From: the human T2T-CHM13v2.0 reference genome, Homo sapiens
Reading direction: 5' to 3' (one strand)
NCBI RefSeq assembly: GCF_009914755.1
Contig: NC_060944.1
DNA: 64,000 bases
Shown: positions 56,641-64,000 of the stretch, piece after piece
How positions within the stretch are numbered: position 1 is the first letter of the stretch
Layout: each line of letters begins with the position of its first letter
Program-made: the position numbers and the translations under genes
Notes under the pieces: model-generated
Databases searched by the model: none
What the model saw: the letters and a program-made list of their open reading frames with translations, nothing else
What the model was told of the DNA's origin: nothing

Positions 56641-58151
56641 CTCCTCTGGGGAGATCCTAACCTGGAGCTAGGTCCTCTTACAAGTAGCCATGTTGGGAAC
56701 ATGGCAGTTCCGGGCTCAGATCAGTGGCCAAAGCTCCTGATCATCCAGGTGTGTCTATGTGTCTCAGTTGCCACCCCTCTCAAGTTTCCACTCTCTAGGA
56801 ACTCTATCCCCAAGAAAGAATGGGCAGAATAATTTCCCCTACATGTGCTAAGTGAGAATGTTCACCCCAGCCCCTAACATCTTCTGCAGAACACTATTGG
56901 TCCTCTGCCTGGAGCAACCCAAACCCTGGAGCTACTGCCTACTTCATATTCAAAGTGCAGCAAAGTCTTACCTTCTGCTCTGTTCCCCATTTTGTTTTTC
57001 TATTCTGTTCCTCAACTGTGGAAATGATCATCTTTTATTGATTCCAGCCATGTCTCTTTTTATGTATATTTTTCCCTCTTGCTACATGATTGGAGCAGAA
57101 ATGCCATCTTGACCTGAAACCTCTGTGTTCTCCTTCTAATTCTATGATTATGGCCTAACCACTGCCCTGTCTCTCTCAAGCCAGCCCTTTTGATTCTCAA
57201 AAGACTGTTTTGGAAGTCAGAAACCTGAACATTGACTGTTTCTTCTTTTCATTTTCTCTCTAATTATGTTCTTATCCTCAAAGCAATGTAGATTCCTCTA
57301 ACTGAGAAGGGGAAAGATCACAACAGAAAGGAAACAATAAAAAGCAAATGTTCAAAAATTACTATTTTGAGACGTTTTCTCTGCATGTCCTTAATGAGGT
57401 ATATGCTTCAAAGCCCAGGTTAACCCATTTATGTGTTCATGGATTTAAACATAGACTACCCTAGAAGCAACTACTGACACTGAATTAACGTGGCTTATTG
57501 GCTTCTCCTAGCACCTTCTATTCCCTCTGCTGTGTCAGTCCAGAAAATTTAAAAAGATAAAGAGGATAATGGGACATTCTGTAGGCCCTGCTGCCTGTGG
57601 GAAGGGAGGAGCAGGGAGGAAGAAAGTTTGCCATAATGGGAAAAGGAAGAGATGACAGAAGCAGATCTATCCCATGGCGACTATGAACACAGGACTCCTT
57701 GTTGTCTGGGGTTAGATAAAGAGATGACACCTGAGTAACAAAATATGACACCTTCAAATAGGTGAGGAGAGTAAATGGCTTTGAAAAACTTCCTGACACT
57801 TTAAAATACACACCTGCTGAATTGCTACTGTGCTCACATCCAAGACCTACTCACTTTTTATTCTCTTTGGGCTGACTCCCATGAAATCCTTTTCTCTCCT
57901 AGAACATGCTGAATGCTCAGATGAACAAGATTCTTCATGGACTTTAATGTCTGTGAAATGAGTCATACACGATATGGTACCCATGGATGATATAGGCCCA
58001 TGGATTACTGAATAACTGTAGGCTTGGCTAAAAAAAATTCTACCTCAATATATATTTTTAAAAGTAAGGATGCTGGAACTAAAGATAAGAAAAATTAAAG
58101 CAAAGCATAAGCAAAACTATTCTACTTTTTAAAATCATGTTTGGTGCTTGA

Positions 58152-61100
58152 GGTGATGTTCAATTTTTTGCATCAGCTCAGCTGGACTACACTCTCCAGT
58201 CATTCAATCAAACACTAATCTAGGTATTACTATGAAGGTACATTGAAGATGAGACTAACACCTACAACCAGTTAACTGTAAGTAAAGATTAAAGATTATC
58301 TTCAGTGGTATGGGTGAGCCTCACCCAATCAGCTCCAAGGCCTTAAGAGCAGAACTGATGTTTCCCTGAGAAAGAAAAAAATTTCCCTGTTATCTGCAGC
58401 TTCAGTTTATACCCAAGAATTCCCACCTGCCCTTCCTGATGGACACCTTGGATTTCAGAGTTGCCCAGCCAGCCCTCACAATTATGTGGGCCAACACCCT
58501 GCAATAAATCTTCTGATATATGCATGTGTGTGTTTATGTGTGTGTGTGTGTGTGTGTATCCTGCTAGTTCTGTTTCTTTGTGGAATGCTGACAGATACAA
58601 ATTTTCATACTAGAAGTGGTTCAAGACAAACAAAACATTAAGAGTGAGCTTCTAAATTGACTCCGAGTTTTTTGGAATTGGTTCTTTAGTTTGATTTGAT
58701 TCAAAGGCACTAGTGACTATTTCCAGTGGTAAAGAGGGCATTGATAATCCATGACATGATGTCACAATAAAGATTTGCAAAATATCACCACTGGACACTC
58801 CTTATCAAATACCCATAAAAGTCAAGATTCTGGACAACTATCTATTTAATACTACAAAACATTTCAATCAAACTAAGGAGTATAATGGGATTGGCTAGTT
58901 GTTCTTAACTGCACTGGAGGAAATATAAAAAAGGAAATAATGCACCCAGGACTTCAAATTCCAAGCTCAAATGGTGTATAAGTTACTTGGGATGTTCTAC
59001 ATCTGTTGTGAAAGAAACCTTTATCTCTTATAGCTGCAAAGTTGAGATTTCTGAAAACTAAACCCAGAGTCTCATTCTGAGAATGATTAAATTATAATTC
59101 AAATTGAATTTCAGCCTTACAGGTGTCTTCTGTTCAAATGAGGGCATTGACTGAGAAGAAACAGGATTCCGAAAATTGGAATAGAGACATACGGGAAGAT
59201 CTTAGGGAAGCTGGGGACACTGAGCTCCTAAATTCTGCTGAGTGTTCTTTACCAGCAGAAGAGAGCATTCTATCACTAAGGAGGTTAACCTTGCTTTGCC
59301 TGCAGAAGTCATAATAACCTCTCCTGAAATAGTTGCCTTGAAAGACACTGTTGATCTCCCTCAGGACTCACCCCCACCATTCTTCTTTGTATCTAGACCT
59401 GTAACTAGACTCAAATCCCAGCAGGTCCCAGAAGATGAGATACAAAGTGTGACTCAAGATAAAGTACACTATACATTGAGAAAACAGCATAATTTTCCCA
59501 AATTACACACACAGAAATTTGGGTTATATGTTTGTGAATGGATGTTAAAGGTGTTTAATAATAGTGGAAGGAATGTAAAGTTAAGTCAGGCTGGATTTAT
59601 TGATATTGATCCACTAAGCAGAGATTCTGCTAGTTGATCATCACATCCCTAGGAAAAAAAACAGATGAAAATCCACTAAATTCTTTCTTGCTTTGTATAA
59701 GTGGAAGAGTTATAGGTTTACTAAACAGAAGTCTAATTTGAAACATGAAAACAGAATCACATTAATTGATTCCAAGATTTGAGCCAATTTATAAACCCAC
59801 AGCACCTTGAATGAAGGAGAGGCCCCTATCCTCTTCAGGAAAGACTCTACTCCACTGCCAAAAATCTGTGCATTTCTACTAAAATAGACACTTATGCTAG
59901 ATAGGAATTGGCTTTCCCTAAACACAGTATTTCTGCGAAAACCATGGACTCATAGAGCGGCTTATTCATCACCATGATATTCCATATAACATGCTTCTGA
60001 TCAAGGAACTCACTTCACAGTAAATGAAGTATGCAGCAAATGGCTCAGGCTCATGAAATTCACCATATTCCCTGTAATCCTCAAGCAGCTGGCATGGATG
60101 AACAGTAAAATAGTCCCTTTAAGATTCAGATAGAGTCTTATCTACTGGCTGTATTTTGCAGGGCTGGACCAGTGTCTCAGTCAGCATCCAATATATGGTG
60201 CCAATTCTCCTATAGCCAGGATTCACAGGCCCAGGGATCAAGGAGTAAAATGGGAGTAACATGACCCCCTTTACTACCGCTATTACTACTAGTGGCACAC
60301 TAGCAAAATTTTTCCCTTCTATCCCCATGACTTTATGCTCTGCTGGTTTAGAAGTCTTAGTTCCAAAGAGTGGAACTCTTCTGCTAAGAGACACAACAAT
60401 GATTCTATTGAAGCAGAAGTCAAGACGATCACGTGGCCACTTTGGACTCCGCATGCGTCTGAATCAACAAGCTAAGAAGAATGTTGCTTGCTGACTTGGC
60501 TGATTAATCTTGATTACCAAGGACACTGGATTTCTATAATACAAGGATAGTAAGAAAGCGTATGTCTGGAATACAGAAGACCATTCGGTGTGTGTCTTAG
60601 TACTACCATGCCCTGAGACAAGAGTCAATAGAAAACTATGGCATCCCCATTAAAGCGGGACTGCTAATGACCCATACCCTTCAGAAATAAAGATTTGCAT
60701 CACTTCGCCAGGCAAAGAACCCGACTAGCTGAGGTGCTTGCTGAGGGAAAAGGGAATATGGTAGTGAGAAAATGTACTTAAAATATTAGCTATGTGACTG
60801 AAACCATGTGACCAATTGCAGAAAGTACGACTTTCATAGTTTTATTTCTTCCTATTTTGTTATGTAAATGTCTGTGTGTATGTATATCTCTGGCAATTAT
60901 TATTGCTTTTTCCCTTTCTTACCCCTTATCATATAACATAAGATGTGTGAGTGACAGCCAACTCTACATCACTGTATTTAAGTTACAGGAAATCAAGGAA
61001 AAGAATGAACATTACCCAGGGACTTTGTATCTTATTCTAGAGAAAGAGTTAGAGTATTTTCAGTTTCATGCAGGATAGTTGCATTATGTTAGATGGAAGC

Positions 61101-61269
61101 ATGTCTTTGTTGTTGTCTTCAAAATATTAAATATGATCTAAAGAGATGTGTATAGACACCAAGTTGACAAGGGATGGGCTGTGATGGTCAGTTTTATGTG
61201 CTAACTTAGCTAGGTTATAGTCCCCAGTTATTCAAACAAACACTAACCTGGCTTTACCTGACTAATACA
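58152..61269 (+). mobile_element. Deleted ERVL provirus: MLT2 5'LTR (58152-58599), internal region (58600-61179), internally deleted 3'LTR (61180-61269)
   Basis: Both LTRs start 'gtgatg...' and share 'ccagt(c/t)attcaa(t/a)caaacactaa'; PBS-like 'ttttcatactagaagtggt'; integrase remnant ASDQGTHFT (~59994); dUTPase remnant TLCSAGLEVLVP...GHFGL...NQQAKK (~60330-60480); PPT 'ttgacaagggatgggc'. Confidence 0.85.
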
Positions 61270-61359
61270 CATGGGCAGAGAAAAAAGAAAACCAAGTACC
61301 CAAACTTTTCACTTTCCCTTCTATAAAAGCGTTAGTTTTCCAAAAGAAGGGTAATATAC

Positions 61360-61520
61360 AATACTGATTAGTAGTAGGCGCTTCATACATAGTGCCTTAT
61401 ATAATCTTCACTGTGACCTATGAGGATGAGTAATCAGAACAAGAGGGTGAAACCTAACTTGAAGTCTTTCAAGTAATAAGTTCAAGGTCAGGATTTAAAC
61501 TCAAGTTTTCCAACTCCAAA
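61360..61520 (-). mobile_element. MIR fragment
   Basis: 'ataatcttcactgtgacctatgagg...caggatttaaactcaag...actccaaaac'. Confidence 0.55.
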
Positions 61521-63709
61521 ACGCAACCTTTTTCCACAGAGATCATGGACTCCCCCACTATAACTGTAGATTCCATCAATATTTGGCCAGAAGGTGTGAT
61601 TCTATGCAGACTGCCCTAACCTTGGGTTCCAGTCTTGTCTTTTATGATTCCATATCTTATTTATAGCAAATAAAATTGTTTTCTATACCAAGTACTTTTT
61701 CAGTAGTGATAGATTTTTATTTTAATTTCTTTATTTATTTTAAAAATAAAACTCTTGCTGCAGGGAGCTGGCATCATTTAAGGACAAAAAAGAATCGAAG
61801 CCAAAGCCCAGCCACCCTTTCATTCCTTAGTTGTATAATTGAGCAAATCACTTGAGTCCACTGAGCCTCCATTTTATTCCTAAATTATTTTTTTTAATTA
61901 AAAATAATGAAAAAAATAGTAATCTTTAAATTGTTCACAAGATTTTTACAAGAAGTTTTTGAGATACCATAATTGAAGCTAGTGCATAAATTTAAGAATT
62001 GAGTTTAATATTTATGTTTTCTACTGACATACTATAAACTGCTCGATGGTGAGTTCTGTATCTGTCTCATTTTATGCAAAACAGTGGCACAATGAGTATG
62101 GGTTGATTTGGAGGAATAGTAGGGGTTGACTTGGATCAATATTAGGTTATAAACTATATAAAGGTGGTGGTTATGTGTGGTTTTCATACTGATGTATCTC
62201 CACTATCCACTATTAGTTTGGCACACAATAAAAATGAATGGCCATTGAAATGACATAATTACGCAGTAGATTAATTTCCAGGGCTTTTCAGTGATGGATG
62301 CTGGGAAGGTAACTTTGCTATTTTGTCTACAACTTCCCATTTCTTCACTGTCCCTCTCAAGCTTCCGCATTTGTGTTCATCATTAAATGTGTGTCCCTTC
62401 CTTACTGCCCATCTTTTCCTTCCTCCTCCTCCTCAGAGTGTGCCATCAGAAGTTACCATAGTCCCAAGACTATTGGTTATAAAAGTTTGAAATCCCTGTT
62501 GACTCTGCTCTCCTTCCCATCCCCAGAGAATTCAGATATTAAGATCTATTCATTTTCTATCATCTAGGAGATGTGAAGATGACTTGCTGAGAAAGCGATA
62601 CATATTTCACATTACTGCCATGTCAATTAAGTATCCATAACAAAATCCCATTACATACTTGCAAAATGAGTGGATGAGAGCCTTTGATTTTTTAAGTCTC
62701 AGTTCTTTGCCTACTAAATTAATTTTTACTAGAAAATATTCAAAAAGGTCTAAAACAGTAAGGTTAACTTGTAGTCCGGCACTTTTCTGATAACATTATC
62801 GTAAGAGGTATACAAGGACTTAGGCACTTTATCACTAGTAATTTTCAGTCACCTCTATTCATGTCTGCTCTTTTCCAGTGCCTTCCACCTTACAGCTTGG
62901 TCTCTTGGGCAGCAAGGGATTGAGATAGAGCTATTCAGTGCATGGTATCCATGCCATGTTCCCCAGAACTCTTTTGCTGCCAACCCGTCTACTTTGGCCA
63001 AGATGGGAAGGGAGGGGAGGGGAGAGGAGAGAGAAATATTTAACTTTTATGAATAATGAATAAGTTCATTCAGTATTTAGTGGTAGAAGAAGAGATTTCC
63101 ATAAAACTCTAAAATGCTAAGACATGAATTACTCATCCTAATATTCAAGCATTCAATATGCTTCTATGTTAAACTAATCATTTTGAAAAGGAGGAAGCAG
63201 GAAACAATGAGACTTTGTATCAAATTAATTTGGGAATGGTGGTTCTTTTCCTTTCCTATTTTCTTAATATAAATACCCCAAGACTCCTGGAATAGTTGGA
63301 TAAGATCCCCCTCCCCATCAATAATTGCCTAATGAGGTGTGGAGCGCTCTTTCTCTCTCTCTCTCTCTCTGCCAAGGACTCTTGGATAACAACGTGGGGT
63401 AGAGAATCACTGGCCCGGATGACTTGGTTCCTGGGAAAGAATCCAGGCTGTTGAGGCACTCGTGGAAACAAAAAGAATGAAACATGAGCCTAAGAAGTTT
63501 AGGTTTCACTCTGGAGAAAAATCTGAGAATGGTTCTAGGAGCTTTTCACCATTGAGTCTCTAGGTTTGCCAAACAGAAGCTATGGGGTCCTCTTCTCTTG
63601 TACTAACAAGCTAGACCCCAAGCAGTGAAACTGCTGCTATAGAACAAAGGAGATCTCCAAACCCATTCTGTTCTAAATCCATAATCCTGATGGCTGAAGG
63701 CACCGAAGC

Positions 63710-63900
63710 TAGAAGCAGTGTCTTGTGGCTTAAACTTCAGGCGCTTGTCCCTGGACCCAGGACGCTTCCAGCAACGCTGCCGGCTTGCCGAGGCTCATGG
63801 CAATCAGATCCTCTTTCTGAATCTGAGTTTTCTCACCTATAAAAAGTAAGTAGTACCAGATACATAAATTATAGACCGTTACTATATGAAGCCTCTAATA
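63710..63900 (+). mobile_element. MIR fragment
   Basis: 'ctctttctgaatctgagttttctcacctataaaa'. Confidence 0.5.
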
Positions 63901-64000
63901 TTGGCCAAAGAAACGCCTGAGGAATTATTTTTTCCCAGCATATTTTCTTTATCTGGGAGTGGAGTGGGTTGGAATGGAGGCTAGGAGTACCAGGATATTC

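Overview
Human-type genomic DNA: it carries an AluYb-lineage copy and a pre-Ta L1HS, both human-specific lineages. The window is AT-rich, repeat-dense and looks intergenic or intronic. I recognised no host protein-coding exon, RNA gene or CRISPR-like array. The main feature is a full-length pre-Ta L1HS (20071-26131, +). Its ORF2 (1275 aa) and antisense ORF0 are intact, but ORF1 is broken by a 1-bp deletion in codon 2. It has a 7-bp TSD plus short extra sequence at both ends that looks like 5' and 3' micro-transductions. The window also holds two mRNA retrocopies: a PGAM1 processed pseudogene with internal deletions, and a 3'UTR-only copy that I recognise from memory as prohibitin (PHB1), nested in an MLT1 LTR. 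Other features are an ancient ~250-bp locally templated duplication with an inverted tail inserted into a MER5A, a deleted ERVL/MLT2 provirus with a dUTPase remnant, a MER52 LTR, and many older L1/L2/MIR/MER/MLT fragments. I see no support for a wholly new biological system; the best leads are unusual retrotransposition and repair products. Subfamily names and parent-gene identities come from recalled consensus sequences, not database searches, and boundaries of old repeats are approximate.
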